A program made the position numbers and the translations under genes. Positions 44,935 through 55,363 of a stretch of DNA of 64,000 nucleotides are shown here, piece by piece; position 1 is the first letter of the stretch; each line of letters opens with the position of its first letter. The stretch spans positions 24,378 through 88,377 of the forward strand of contig CASDPK010000004.1 of the NCBI GenBank assembly GCA_949282555.1, in the 5' to 3' direction. The DNA is from an uncultured Lentisphaeraceae bacterium. Lineage in GTDB: Bacteria; Verrucomicrobiota; Kiritimatiellia; RFP12; DVOR01. The notes below the pieces were generated by a model. That model searched no databases. It worked only from the letters and a program-made list of their open reading frames with translations, and was not told the DNA's origin.

Positions 44935-46485
44935 ATGAAACTGTGTTCACTTTTCTGGGGCCTTGCCGCCCTGTCGTTGGCCTCACCCCTCCGAGGGGAA
45001 CTGAAGGTGTTGCCGTTGGGAGACTCCATCACGGAGGGCTCCGGATATGCACAAGACGCTCCGAGTTATCGGAAGGCTTTGGCGAAATTATTGACGGATG
45101 CCGGAGTTGAGCCACGCTTTTTGGGCGCGCGCGACTTCAAGTCCGCGGGAATCGCCAACGCAGCCTGCCGCTTCCACACGGGACTCAGCGGGCAGCGCAT
45201 CCTCAGCTCGCCAAAACTGGCGGGATTCCTGCCCGGCATTGAGGGTTGGCTCGAGCAAGCGGGCGATCCCGACGTGATCACGATGATGATCGGCACGAAT
45301 GACCTATTGAGCGATGCCGACCCCTCCGGCAAACGCACGTTCGGCCATTGGTGTGAACTCGTGCGGCGAATCGTGCGGGAGCGTCCCGATGCGTGGCTCA
45401 TTGTCTCCCCCCTGACGCCATGCCTTTGGACTGCGGACAAGGAACCGCAGCGACAAGCCTATGCGGACTTCAATGCGGCCATCCGCGGCCTTTTCGACCT
45501 CTCGGAACAAACCCTGACCGTCAATGGAGAGCCGGTGCGGTGCGTGCTCGGCATCCCCAACGCCAAAGGGCGGGAACGGTTTGGCGCCTCGGCTCGTCTA
45601 CGCTTGGCCGACATGGAGTCCGCCATCGGAACGCCGCGAAAGGAACTTTACTTCAACCAAGGGAACGACACGGTTCATCCCAGCCAGGCCGGTTACAACC
45701 GTATGGCCGCCGTCTGGAAGGCCGCCATCGACGCCCTGCCGCGCCCCCTCGGCGGACGCATGCCGCCCAAACCCGACACCCCCGCCTTGGGAGCCGCGGC
45801 CCGAATCCCCGAGGCCAAAGGGTTCACGCGCCTCTGCTCAGGCGCGCTCCCAACAAACGCGGCGTTGTCGGGAGGATGGACCTTCTCCGACCTCATGACG
45901 CTCGACATGACCGCCCAAGCTCCGAAGAACATCTCCCGGGTGGCCTACTATGTGGAACGTGTGCGCCCCAACGGTTCCGTGCGCCATGTATGGGTTGAGA
46001 TGGACGCCCCCACGATTCTCGACGCCAAGGGGTTGCCCTCACGTTCCTGCCGCCTTCACGTGACGGGAATGCGCGTGCGCTCCAATATGCCCGGCGTGAC
46101 CAATGGTGATGATGCGGAGGGCATCCTCCAATTCACGCCGCACTTCATTTCTCCGGAACCGACCGAAGGCGCCGACTGCGGAGGCTTCGATTGGAATGAC
46201 ACGATGCAAGACCACGGTGCCTACGGAGCCTTCCAACTCTTCCGACTGACGCCCGGCGGCCTTTTCCCCGCCGAGACCCTCTTCGCCTACAATCGATGGG
46301 CGACGGCCGATGGCGGAGCCGACGAGCTCCAATTCGGCGACCTTGGCCAACACCTTGGCTACAACGGCGGCTGGCGCGGGGGCGGCAGCGGGAAAATCTC
46401 CTACAATGGCATCTTCTCGGCCGATTGGCCAACGCTTTCCACCCGCGCCTACACCCTCTGCCGCATGGAAATTTGGGTCCGCTGA
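44935..46485 (+). CDS. SGNH/GDSL hydrolase-family esterase with an extra C-terminal domain
   Basis: It has a signal peptide, block I VLPLGDSITEG, GTND and a DTVHPS-type block V. The C-terminal roughly 250 aa is unassigned. Confidence 0.8.
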   Translation: MKLCSLFWGLAALSLASPLRGELKVLPLGDSITEGSGYAQDAPSYRKALAKLLTDAGVEPRFLGARDFKSAGIANAACRFHTGLSGQRILSSPKLAGFLPGIEGWLEQAGDPDVITMMIGTNDLLSDADPSGKRTFGHWCELVRRIVRERPDAWLIVSPLTPCLWTADKEPQRQAYADFNAAIRGLFDLSEQTLTVNGEPVRCVLGIPNAKGRERFGASARLRLADMESAIGTPRKELYFNQGNDTVHPSQAGYNRMAAVWKAAIDALPRPLGGRMPPKPDTPALGAAARIPEAKGFTRLCSGALPTNAALSGGWTFSDLMTLDMTAQAPKNISRVAYYVERVRPNGSVRHVWVEMDAPTILDAKGLPSRSCRLHVTGMRVRSNMPGVTNGDDAEGILQFTPHFISPEPTEGADCGGFDWNDTMQDHGAYGAFQLFRLTPGGLFPAETLFAYNRWATADGGADELQFGDLGQHLGYNGGWRGGGSGKISYNGIFSADWPTLSTRAYTLCRMEIWVR

Positions 46486-46506
46486 TCCCTCAAAAGGAAT
46501 CCCCGC

Positions 46507-47982
46507 ATGAAACACATCCTTGCCCTCGCCGCAACCTTGCTCACCGCCGGCCTTTGGGCCGCCCCGCCCAAAGTCACTCATCCCGACGCCAAGCTCGTGG
46601 CGCTCTACGATGAAGCGTGGAGGGAAGCCGTCACACGCACGTTGCAAGCCCCGGAAGGCGCCCCCGTCAAGCGATATATGGATGAATGCGTCTACGCCGA
46701 TCAGATTTGGATTTGGGATTCCTGCTTCATGGCCCAGTTCACCAAATACGCCGCCGCCGACTATCCCGGCATCGAAACGCTGGAGGCGCTCTACGTCCCG
46801 GTGGTGGAAGGCAAAGCATCCCCGCTCCGCGTCCACATCTACGATAATCCGCCCCTCTTCGCATGGTGTGAGCTCGTCCACTGGCGCTTTCACGGGGACC
46901 GCGCACGCTTGGAGGACGTCGTGCTCAAGCGCCGCCTGCTCCAGCGGCACTACGACTGGTTCAAGAATCCGCCCACCGGCAAACGCCCCAACTCCTCGCC
47001 CAATGCCATCGTCCTAAAAGTCGCCACCGCCGCGAACGGCGCCAAAGGCTGGAGCTGGAGCGGCGGCATGAGCGGCATGGACAACACCCCGCGCGGGCGC
47101 GGATGCGGCGGATATGGCGGCATCCTTTGGGTGGACGCCATCGCCCAACAAGCGCTCTCGGCCAAGTGCATCGCCGAACTGCTCGAAGACCTCGGGCAAC
47201 CCGAGGAAGCCAAGCAATGGCGCGCCGAATATGACACCCTCGCCAAAGAAATCAATGACCATTACTGGGACGAGCGCGACGGCTTCTACTACGACATCGC
47301 CATCAAAGACGGCACCCCCTGCCGTGTCCGCACCCTCGCCTCCTACTGGCCCCTGCTGGCCGGCGTTGCGACGCCCGAACGCGCCGCCCGTGCCATCGCC
47401 CATCTGCGCGACCCCCGCGCCTTCGGCGGCGAGCGTCCCTTCCCCACCCTCGCCCGCACCGACGCCGATTACAACGCGAAGACCGGCGACTACTGGCGCG
47501 GCGGCATTTGGCTCCCCACCGCCTACATGACCGTGAAAGCCATGGAGCGCTACGGCGCCCGCGACCTCGCGGACGTTATGGCCCGCCGCCTCGTGGAGCA
47601 GATGGAGCGCACCTATCGCGCCGTTGAGCCGCACACCATTTGGGAGTGCTACGCCCCCGAAGCCGACACCCCCAGCACCGAACACGGCCGCCGCGCGCGT
47701 CCCGTCTTCTGCGGATGGTCCGCCCTCGGCCCCATCAACCTCTTCCTTGAGAACATCTTGGGTCTGCGCGAGTTCCGCGCCGCCGACCGCACCATCCGCT
47801 GGGAGCCCCCGGCCAACGCCGCCTTCCCCATGGGCATTGAAGGTCTCACCTTCGGCGACGCCACCGTCTCCCTCTGGACGGACAACATCACCCTCCGCGT
47901 CACCACCGACAAGCCCATCACGCTCTTCTATCAAGGCCGCCGCTTCGCCATCGACAAAGGCTCCCACACCCTCACCCTCTGA
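46507..47982 (+). CDS. six-hairpin (alpha/alpha)6 glycoside hydrolase, GH63/trehalase-like
   Basis: It has a signal peptide, plus WIWDSCFM, GMDNTPRG, WVDAIAQQ and YWRGGIWLPTAYM, as seen in GH63/MGH1-like enzymes. Confidence 0.75.
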   Translation: MKHILALAATLLTAGLWAAPPKVTHPDAKLVALYDEAWREAVTRTLQAPEGAPVKRYMDECVYADQIWIWDSCFMAQFTKYAAADYPGIETLEALYVPVVEGKASPLRVHIYDNPPLFAWCELVHWRFHGDRARLEDVVLKRRLLQRHYDWFKNPPTGKRPNSSPNAIVLKVATAANGAKGWSWSGGMSGMDNTPRGRGCGGYGGILWVDAIAQQALSAKCIAELLEDLGQPEEAKQWRAEYDTLAKEINDHYWDERDGFYYDIAIKDGTPCRVRTLASYWPLLAGVATPERAARAIAHLRDPRAFGGERPFPTLARTDADYNAKTGDYWRGGIWLPTAYMTVKAMERYGARDLADVMARRLVEQMERTYRAVEPHTIWECYAPEADTPSTEHGRRARPVFCGWSALGPINLFLENILGLREFRAADRTIRWEPPANAAFPMGIEGLTFGDATVSLWTDNITLRVTTDKPITLFYQGRRFAIDKGSHTLTL

Positions 47983-47984
47983 CG

Positions 47985-48065
47985 CACGGAGGGTCTCTTT
48001 GCGAAGTCCTCCGTATCCCGACCCCGGATGCTCTGCATCCCCACCCGAGATGCGGAGCCTTCCGA
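47985..48065. repeat. REP-like composite repeat, copy 5
   Basis: CACGGAGGGTCTCTTTGCGAAGTCCTCCGTATCCCGACCCCGGATGCTCTGCATCCCCACCCGAGATGCGGAGCCTTCCG. It starts 3 nt after the stop codon of the GH63-like gene. Confidence 0.7.
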
Positions 48066-48173
48066 AAACACACAAAAGGCATGGGGGAACACCCCACGCC
48101 TTTTTGAATGCCTTGATCCGCCTTTATGGCTCCAAGCCTGCCACGGATATCAACTTTCCCTAATGGAAATCCA

Positions 48174-49715
48174 TCAGAAGTGCCGTCTTGTCTGCCAAAT
48201 GCCATGAAGAAGATCGAAGAGAAAATAGACCACGAGCAGCACAATCAACCCGACAACGACATAGAGGATACGCTGATTACGATCCGCCTTGCGTTGTTGT
48301 TCGATGAAATCCGCCCGAATGCTTTGTACGGTTCCCATCAACGGTGAGATGGGGTCCATCGTTTGAATGATCTTGTTCGCTTGTTCAAGCCCAATTTTCG
48401 GGCTCTCAACGGATTCCAACAACCTCAACGCGTTACGCACGGCACTTTCCTCGCGTTCGATATCGGCTTTGCAAAGTTCGAGAGCCGCCTCAAGCTTCGC
48501 ATAATTGGAAGCCTTGGGATAACGTGTGCGCAAATGTATGAGACGTTCGCGACGGCGATAAATGCCCGTTTCTCGCTGTGCTTGCACAAGAGCCTCCGCC
48601 AATGCGCGCGTGTCCGCGTCAACCAATCGTTGTTCAGCTTCTGCTTTGCGCTTTGCCTTCTGATGGTCGCGGTGGGTCTCCTCAATGCAGGCCAAAAGGC
48701 GTTCACAAGCATTGCGCTGTGCACATTTGGGATACTTCACGATAAGCGCTTGTAGTGCATCGCGAACGGCTTCGAACTCATCCAGCGTGCGCAACGCATG
48801 CAAAGCCCGTTGCGCCGACTGGGTTTGGTCCCAGACGACACGTGTCTCCGGCAACACGCCTTTGGCGGCTTCATACCCCTTTTCGGCAATACGAAGGATC
48901 GCGGGCGCCAACTTGGCGTTGTCTGCGACTACGCCCTGATTCTTGCAGGCGTCACACGTGACGACACGGCGTGCGTTGAGGCAGGCAAGACACTCTCCCG
49001 TTCCTCGGCATTTATGGCAAGGAATATCCCGGTTTCCGTCATCAACCACTCTTACCGTTCCGCGATAATTGTTCGTTGCGTGACTACCTGTGCGGTATGT
49101 CGAAGAGCGACTCCGATACGTGAAATCCCTGTCATCGTCAGGTTCCCCATCATACCTCCTTCCGACCCTGTCCGAAACGATACGTGTCCTTGACATCCCA
49201 CGCAGTGTCCGCTTGCCACTTCCATTGCATAGAGGGCAACGTTCCGTATTTTTGCAAACGCTGCAATTCACCGTCCTGTTGCTACGGCCATTACATGAAG
49301 GGCAAACACGCATCCACCGCTTTGGCGATGCGAGCGACACCGTATACTTACTCGCGGGAAACGCCTCCATGAACGTCGCGAGGCGACGCCGAAATTGTCC
49401 CGGATCGTTTGCACGAATGTCCAAAAGCAACAAAAGTGCCTGCGCATGTTCGCGGATCCCGCCAACGCCTTTCTCGTCCCAATGCGTAAGACGCTCAAGA
49501 CGTTCGCATTCCACCTTTTCTGTTTTTGCCGCCTCGAACATTTTCTCCACCTCCACAATCTCCGGGGGTTGCAGGCGTTCCCCCTCCCGCTCCGCTCTGG
49601 CGTATTGTTCAAGTGACGCACTCCCCCATACATCAACGGGAGTTTGTGCGGCTATCGGCGAGACCAAAAGTCCCACCAAAAGTAGATATGACACAGGCTT
49701 CACTCTAATATGCAT
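48174..49715 (-). CDS. hypothetical exported, C-terminally anchored protein with six CxxC (DnaJ-CR-like) motifs
   Basis: ATG at 49715 gives MHIRVKPVSYLLLVGLLVSPIAAQT. It has CPSCNGRS, CSVCKNTE, CPLCNGSG, an R/D/Y/S-rich linker, then CHKCRGTG, CLACLNAR, CDACKNQG. It also has a long helical region and a C-terminal TM ILYVVVGLIVLLVVYFLF. The locus is AT-richer. Confidence 0.7.
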   Translation of the reverse strand: MHIRVKPVSYLLLVGLLVSPIAAQTPVDVWGSASLEQYARAEREGERLQPPEIVEVEKMFEAAKTEKVECERLERLTHWDEKGVGGIREHAQALLLLLDIRANDPGQFRRRLATFMEAFPASKYTVSLASPKRWMRVCPSCNGRSNRTVNCSVCKNTERCPLCNGSGKRTLRGMSRTRIVSDRVGRRYDGEPDDDRDFTYRSRSSTYRTGSHATNNYRGTVRVVDDGNRDIPCHKCRGTGECLACLNARRVVTCDACKNQGVVADNAKLAPAILRIAEKGYEAAKGVLPETRVVWDQTQSAQRALHALRTLDEFEAVRDALQALIVKYPKCAQRNACERLLACIEETHRDHQKAKRKAEAEQRLVDADTRALAEALVQAQRETGIYRRRERLIHLRTRYPKASNYAKLEAALELCKADIEREESAVRNALRLLESVESPKIGLEQANKIIQTMDPISPLMGTVQSIRADFIEQQRKADRNQRILYVVVGLIVLLVVYFLFDLLHGIWQTRRHF

Positions 49716-50142
49716 CGTCGTCTCCTTGTCTCCAATGGGGAGGGACAAAAGCACCTCCCCCGGTCTTCCGCGGAGGCGCTTAGGAAGCCTGTCAAGGATA
49801 GACCGAAGGAGGCAACGCTGCACGAGCGAGCCTCAAACGTGACATCCTTGACCGAAAGGTTCCTAAGCTTTCCGCAGATATCAATGCGTTTGTGACGCAA
49901 GATTCAGTTGTGTTCACTCCAAAACGAAGTGGCGCGATTATAACACATCCGCGAAATATACGGAACAGATGTAACAACTAAAAGGTTCTCCCGCAGTTAC
50001 TGTGGTTACCCTTCATACAAGGACTCTACCCACTCAACTCCGCGGATCTCCACAAACAGAGATTTATGCAACACTCTTGCTGCGCGGCTTTATTACAGGC
50101 TTCTAGGATTGAAGGCGTGTGTCCGCTAAAAGGAGCGCGGGG

Positions 50143-50174
50143 AATAAAAAATAGCCCCTTCGCATCGAAGAGGC
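50143..50174 (-). terminator. rho-independent terminator after purN
   Basis: On the minus strand it reads GCCTCTTCG-ATG-CGAAGGGGC followed by TATTTTTTATT. Confidence 0.7.
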
Positions 50175-50203
50175 CGAAGTACTTACACCTCGAATCGGCA
50201 CCA

Positions 50204-50821
50204 TCAGGGTGCAAGAATACGGACACGGCGGCCCTCAATGCGAAGGCGATTTGCCGCAAGGAGGCGGAGCGCCTCCGGATAAGCGATGTGCTCCTGCACC
50301 TGAATGCGGGCGTGGAGCGTCTCGGGTGTGTCGCCCTCCTCCACCGGCACCGCCTTCTGCACAATGATGGGGCCGCTATCCGTGCCCGCATCGACGAAAT
50401 GGACGGTGCATCCGGCCACTTTCGTGCCGTAGTCGAGCGCCTGCTTCCATGATTCAAGACCGGGGAACGCCGGCAAAAGCGCGGGGTGGATGTTCAACAC
50501 GCGCCCGGGGAAGGCTTCGAGAAGCCCTTGCTTGACGATCCGCATGAAACCGGCCAGCACCACGGTGTCGGCGCCGGCCTCTTTCATCATGCGGATGTAG
50601 GTCTCCTGTGCCTCGCCATCGAGTTTGGTTTTGAACGGGGCACAGGACACATAACGGGCGGGGATCGCATGGCGGGCGGCGCGGTCGAGGATCTTGGCGC
50701 CCTCAACGTCGGACAGCACGCAAACGATCTTGGCATCGAGCGTTCCCGCCTCAATGGCGTCGACGATCGACTGCATATTGGTTCCGGAGCCGGAACCCAA
50801 AACGGCAAGACGAAGACTCAC
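50204..50821 (-). CDS. purN: phosphoribosylglycinamide formyltransferase
   Basis: GTG at 50821 forms a GTGA overlap with the ftsH-cmk stop. It has [23 protein letters not shown] and [12 protein letters not shown]. Confidence 0.88.
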   Translation of the reverse strand: MSLRLAVLGSGSGTNMQSIVDAIEAGTLDAKIVCVLSDVEGAKILDRAARHAIPARYVSCAPFKTKLDGEAQETYIRMMKEAGADTVVLAGFMRIVKQGLLEAFPGRVLNIHPALLPAFPGLESWKQALDYGTKVAGCTVHFVDAGTDSGPIIVQKAVPVEEGDTPETLHARIQVQEHIAYPEALRLLAANRLRIEGRRVRILAP

Positions 50822-53586
50822 TTGGTTTCCTCCTTCGCTGCATCCGAAGGCGCGGCTTCCGTGGGGGATGCCTCCGCCGCGGGAGCGTCTCCGCGCCACT
50901 CGGCCGGAAGCGCGTTGATGACCGTCTGGACGACCTCTTCGAGCGTCAGGTGCGTGGAATCGATGGCAAAGACGCCGTCGGCCTTGCGCAACGGCGCACA
51001 GGCACGGGTGGAATCGATCTTGTCGCGGGCGAGGAGCGAGGCCTTCACCGCCTCCACGGACTGCTCGGCCACACCCTTCTGCACCTCCTCCAACTGGCGG
51101 CGCCGGGCACGCACGGAGGCATCGGCCTCCAAGTAGAACCGCGCAGGGGAATCGGGGAACACGGCGGTGGTGATGTCGCGCCCTTCCACGATCAGGTTGC
51201 CAAAACGCACAAGGCTCTTCAATTCGGCCGTGATTTTGGCGCGCACCTCGGGGACGGTGGCGACCGGCGAGGCATGGGCATTGATGCGCGGTTCGCGGAG
51301 TTCCTTGTCGGGGCGGATGCCGCCCACGGCGTAGACGATCCGGCCATCCTCGGCCGAGAAGTCAATCTTCAACGACTCGGCGAGCGCCGCGACGGCCTTG
51401 GGATCGGAGGTATCCACACCCTGCTCCAGGCACTGCCACGTGACGATGCGATAGAGCGCGCCGGAATCCACGTGCAGGAAGCCCAACCGACGCCCAACCT
51501 CCTTGGACACGGAAGACTTGCCGGCACCGCTGGGGCCATCCACCGCAATGACACGGGCGGCGGGCGGCTCCGGCGGCAAGGCCTTGGGCGCAGGCTTCAC
51601 TCCCGTGCGCACCAACGTCTCCACGTCGCGGCCATCGGCGGTTTCGACCTCCAGCAGATAATCCACCAGCAGGGCCAAACGGTCACGGTTCTCGGAGATG
51701 AGGCGTTCTCCACGGGCGTAGGCTTCACGGAGCAGACGGGTGACCTCGGCATCGATGGTCTGCGCGGTGGCCTCTGAGTGATCCTGCTTGCGGCCGATCT
51801 CACGGCCGAGATAGATTTGCTCCTCATTGTCGCCGAAGGATTGGAAGCCGAAGGCCTCACTCATGCCGTAGGCGCAGACCATGCGGCGCGCGAGGGATGA
51901 GGCCATCTTGATATCCTGCGAAGCGCCGGTGGAAAGGTCTCCGGTGAAGAGCTTTTCGGCGATGCGACCAGCCGTCAGCACCACGAGCATATCCTTCATC
52001 TCGGCTTCGGTGCGGTTGAGCACGTCGCGCTCGGGAAGGGTCATGGTCGCGCCAAGCGCCCGTCCGCGAGGGATGATGGTGACCTTGTGCAGCGGCTCCG
52101 TGTTCTCCAACAACACTTGCGCAAGGGCATGGCCGCCCTCATGCCACGCGGTGATTCGGCGATCGCGGTCGGCCATCGCGTGAGAGCGGCGTTCGCGGCC
52201 CCAAAGCACCTTGTCGCGGGCCTCTTCCAAATCCGCGTGGGCCACGGCCTTGCGGCGGGCGCGGGCCGCCAACAGGGCGGCTTCGTTGAGCAAGTTGGCG
52301 AGGTCGGCGCCGGAAAAACCGGGCGTGCCGCGGGCCACGCGCTCCAAGTCCACGTCGGGCCCGAGCTTCACCTTGGCGGCATGCACTTTGAGGATGGCGA
52401 GGCGGCCTTCCACGGTGGGCAGATCCACCACAATCTGACGGTCGAAACGGCCGGGACGGGTGAGCGCGGGGTCGAGCACATCCACGCGGTTGGTGGCGGC
52501 CATGACGATCACGCCGCTGTTGCCCTCGAAGCCGTCCATCTCCACGAGCATGGCGTTGAGGGTCTGCTCACGCTCGTCGTGTCCGCCGCCGATGCCGGTG
52601 AAACGGGTGCGGCCGATGGCGTCGATCTCGTCGATGAAGAGGATGCAGGGCGCGTTCTTCTTGGCCTGGGCGAACATATCGCGCACGCGGCTGGCGCCCA
52701 CACCCACGAACATCTCCACGAAGTCCGACCCGCTGATGCTGAAGAAGGGCACCTCCGCCTCTCCGGCGATGGCCTTGGCAAGCAACGTTTTGCCCGTTCC
52801 GGGAGGCCCCATGAGCAACACGCCCTTGGGCACCTTGCCGCCCAAATCCTCAAACCGCTTGGGGTCTTTGAGGAACTCGACGATCTCTTGCACCTCTTCC
52901 TTGGCCTCGTCCACGCCTGCCACGTCCTTGAAACGGACTTTGGCGTCTTCCTTGCCCAGCAAGCGCGCACGGGACTTTCCGAAGGCGAAGGGGCCGCCCT
53001 CGCCGCCGGCGCGCATCTGCCGCATGAAGAGGAAGTAGAACAGCAAAAACATCAGCAGAAGCGGCAGCACCGACATCAGAATGGGACCAAACCAGTCCGT
53101 GCGATTCTCTTGGATCGCGCGCACGCCGGCATTCGCCAACCGTTCCTCGAGATCCTGTGTGCCCAGCACATTGAGACGGAAGGCCTCACCTCGCGCGGGG
53201 CGGATCGGCGAAGGGGCGGCTGCCCCCTCCGGCGTGTCTCCCTGCACCGTTTCGGGCGCCCAGCGTCCTTCAAGGAAGGTTCCGCCGTCGCTCTCACGCA
53301 CCAAGCGTACCTCGGGCAAGGCGGTGTTCGCCTTGGCGACGCCGTTCTCCATGACTTTGCCGGCTTCGACACGCCGCCAGAAATCGAGCTGGGTGAGCGG
53401 GGCCTTGGCCTTACCGCCAAGCCACGGCATCTCACCGCCCTCAGGCGCGTTGCGGAAGATGCCGTAGATGGAAAAGAGAATGACGGCCAACAGCACCCAC
53501 ACCACAAGGGGGCGCCGCCAACCGTTGCCGTTGCCAGGGTCCTTTTGGGGCGCAGGCGGGGTCTTCTTCTGTTCGGGTTCGGACAT
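50818..53586 (-). CDS. ftsH: ATP-dependent zinc metalloprotease FtsH fused in frame to cytidylate kinase
   Basis: 922 aa. It has two TM segments, an AAA module [13 protein letters not shown], and the zinc site HEGGHAL. From about residue 678 (coordinates about 50821-51555) it reads [20 protein letters not shown]...HVDSGALYR...[14 protein letters not shown], which is a Cmk P-loop and core. There is no stop between the two parts. Confidence 0.85.
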   Translation of the reverse strand: MSEPEQKKTPPAPQKDPGNGNGWRRPLVVWVLLAVILFSIYGIFRNAPEGGEMPWLGGKAKAPLTQLDFWRRVEAGKVMENGVAKANTALPEVRLVRESDGGTFLEGRWAPETVQGDTPEGAAAPSPIRPARGEAFRLNVLGTQDLEERLANAGVRAIQENRTDWFGPILMSVLPLLLMFLLFYFLFMRQMRAGGEGGPFAFGKSRARLLGKEDAKVRFKDVAGVDEAKEEVQEIVEFLKDPKRFEDLGGKVPKGVLLMGPPGTGKTLLAKAIAGEAEVPFFSISGSDFVEMFVGVGASRVRDMFAQAKKNAPCILFIDEIDAIGRTRFTGIGGGHDEREQTLNAMLVEMDGFEGNSGVIVMAATNRVDVLDPALTRPGRFDRQIVVDLPTVEGRLAILKVHAAKVKLGPDVDLERVARGTPGFSGADLANLLNEAALLAARARRKAVAHADLEEARDKVLWGRERRSHAMADRDRRITAWHEGGHALAQVLLENTEPLHKVTIIPRGRALGATMTLPERDVLNRTEAEMKDMLVVLTAGRIAEKLFTGDLSTGASQDIKMASSLARRMVCAYGMSEAFGFQSFGDNEEQIYLGREIGRKQDHSEATAQTIDAEVTRLLREAYARGERLISENRDRLALLVDYLLEVETADGRDVETLVRTGVKPAPKALPPEPPAARVIAVDGPSGAGKSSVSKEVGRRLGFLHVDSGALYRIVTWQCLEQGVDTSDPKAVAALAESLKIDFSAEDGRIVYAVGGIRPDKELREPRINAHASPVATVPEVRAKITAELKSLVRFGNLIVEGRDITTAVFPDSPARFYLEADASVRARRRQLEEVQKGVAEQSVEAVKASLLARDKIDSTRACAPLRKADGVFAIDSTHLTLEEVVQTVINALPAEWRGDAPAAEASPTEAAPSDAAKEETK

Positions 53587-53592
53587 AAGGGA

Positions 53593-54534
53593 TCAGCTCC
53601 TCTGCACCTCGCGTCCCTTCTCTTGGGAGGCGAGGATCTCAAACAATTGGTCGGACTGCTTCTTGCACGCGCCGAGAATCAGGCCCACACAGAAGGAAAG
53701 CAACCCGGCAATAGCCAAAAAGCCGGAGAAAATCTGCGTGGGAATGCGCGGCACCAGTCCCGTGTGAAAATATTCGGCAAGCACCGGGGCGAAAAAGCCC
53801 GCCGAAAGCACCAGCAACACCGCCCCCACCAAACCAAAGAAGAGCTCCGGACGGTAGAAGCGGAAGAGATTGAAGATGGTCTTGAGCACCCGAATGCCGT
53901 CGCGAACCGTATTGAGCTTGGAGAAGGAGCCTTCCGGACGGTCCCGGTACTGAATGGGGACTTCCACCAAACTCATGCGCTTGTCGAGCGTGTGCAACGT
54001 CATCTCCGTCTCAATCTCGAACCCCTGCGCAAGCACCGGACAGCTCTTCACGAACAGCCGAGAGAAGGCACGATACCCCGTCATGACGTCGTGGACGCGT
54101 TGCCCCCACAGCAGACGAATGAGGAAACAGACAAGCGCATTGCCGAAATTGTGGCCGGGGCGCTTGTTCTCCGTCATATACGTGGACGAGAGGCGGTCGC
54201 CATTGACCATGTCCGCCTCTCCCGCCAAAATGGGCGCAATGAGCTTGCGCACCTCATCGGCAGGATAAGTGTCGTCACTGTCCACCATCACGTAGACATC
54301 GGCATCGACCTCTTGGAACATCCGCCGCACCACGTGGCCCTTGCCCTGCTGACGGATTCTGCGCAACTTTGCCCCGGCCGCAAGCGCCAACTCTGCCGAA
54401 CGGTCCGTGCTGTTGTTGTCGTACACCCAAATCTCCGCCTCGGGCAATTCCGCACGGAAATCCCTCACCACCTTCTCGATGGTCAATGACTCGTTGTAGC
54501 ACGGCAACAGAACGGCAATCTTTGGATTCGTCAT
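53593..54534 (-). CDS. family 2 glycosyltransferase, polyprenol-phosphate type with C-terminal TM segments
   Basis: ATG at 54534 gives MTNPKIAVLLPCYNES. It has YDNNSTD and MVDSDDTYP (DxD). Two C-terminal TM helices fit a GtrB/ArnC-like architecture. Confidence 0.85.
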   Translation of the reverse strand: MTNPKIAVLLPCYNESLTIEKVVRDFRAELPEAEIWVYDNNSTDRSAELALAAGAKLRRIRQQGKGHVVRRMFQEVDADVYVMVDSDDTYPADEVRKLIAPILAGEADMVNGDRLSSTYMTENKRPGHNFGNALVCFLIRLLWGQRVHDVMTGYRAFSRLFVKSCPVLAQGFEIETEMTLHTLDKRMSLVEVPIQYRDRPEGSFSKLNTVRDGIRVLKTIFNLFRFYRPELFFGLVGAVLLVLSAGFFAPVLAEYFHTGLVPRIPTQIFSGFLAIAGLLSFCVGLILGACKKQSDQLFEILASQEKGREVQRS

Positions 54535-54683
54535 CGCGTGACCCTCCTTTTGGACATGGATGCCTAAGTATAGCAGAATCCGCCCTCCCACAATTCGACA
54601 TTGACACAATGACTGGGCCCGTGATAAGTTCCGTCCGCGTTTTGTTCCTGCTTGATTGAGAAAGTTTACGCGAGGCACCGACA

Positions 54684-55295
54684 ATGACAAGATGTTGCGC
54701 AATCCTGATGTTCATGTTTGCCTTTGCTGGAGTCGCCCCTGCGCTCACAGTGAATTGGAAAACCGAAGTTTACCAACATTACAAAAATGATCCTCATTTT
54801 GTCGCCCACTACGGACTGATGATGTTGCAAGGCAAACATGCCATCACTGATAAGGGGACCGTTAAAGGATGGCTTTCAGGGCTCAACGGAGAAGAGCCTC
54901 CGCAATCATACGCGTTCACGGAAAATGCCCCAGAAGGTTGTGTCGCCATTACGCTTGCATTTGAAGACTCAACCGTCACGGGCTTCAATTACGGCAAAGC
55001 ACTGCCCTCTCAGACGTTTTCCACTGAAGTCTCCGGGGACGCCGTGACCTTTGTCGTGTTCAACTGGTACAACATGAAAAGCAATGGTCAAGCGACGTAC
55101 GCCTTTGCCACCTACACGGTTGATGGGCTCTCCGGATTGCAGGACGGTGCAACAGTGGATTTAGGCGAATTCATCTGGGCTTTGAACGAATTGAACGCGT
55201 ATGAGATGACGGTGGGGACCATTCCTGAGCCTTCTGTGATGGCCTTGTTGGCATTGGGCCTAGCGGGCGTCGTGTTGCGACGCCGTGCCAGTTAA
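54684..55295 (+). CDS. PEP-CTERM sorting-domain protein
   Basis: It has a signal peptide. The C-terminus IPEPSVMALLALGLAGVVLRRRAS is PEP plus a TM plus a basic tail. Confidence 0.85.
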   Translation: MTRCCAILMFMFAFAGVAPALTVNWKTEVYQHYKNDPHFVAHYGLMMLQGKHAITDKGTVKGWLSGLNGEEPPQSYAFTENAPEGCVAITLAFEDSTVTGFNYGKALPSQTFSTEVSGDAVTFVVFNWYNMKSNGQATYAFATYTVDGLSGLQDGATVDLGEFIWALNELNAYEMTVGTIPEPSVMALLALGLAGVVLRRRAS

Positions 55296-55363
55296 GTGCG
55301 TCCTGCCGTTGGCAGACACTCGTTTTCGCCCCCTCGGCGTTTTACGCGCTGAGGGGGTTTGTT

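Noticed and set aside
49824-50142. Long intergenic region as a possible small RNA or riboswitch
   Set aside because: I recognised no conserved riboswitch or sRNA sequence or structure. Only the purN terminator at 50143-50174 is supported.
52087-54489. 800-aa plus-strand ORF
   Set aside because: It is antisense to the ftsH-cmk and GT2 genes, which have unambiguous motifs on the other strand.
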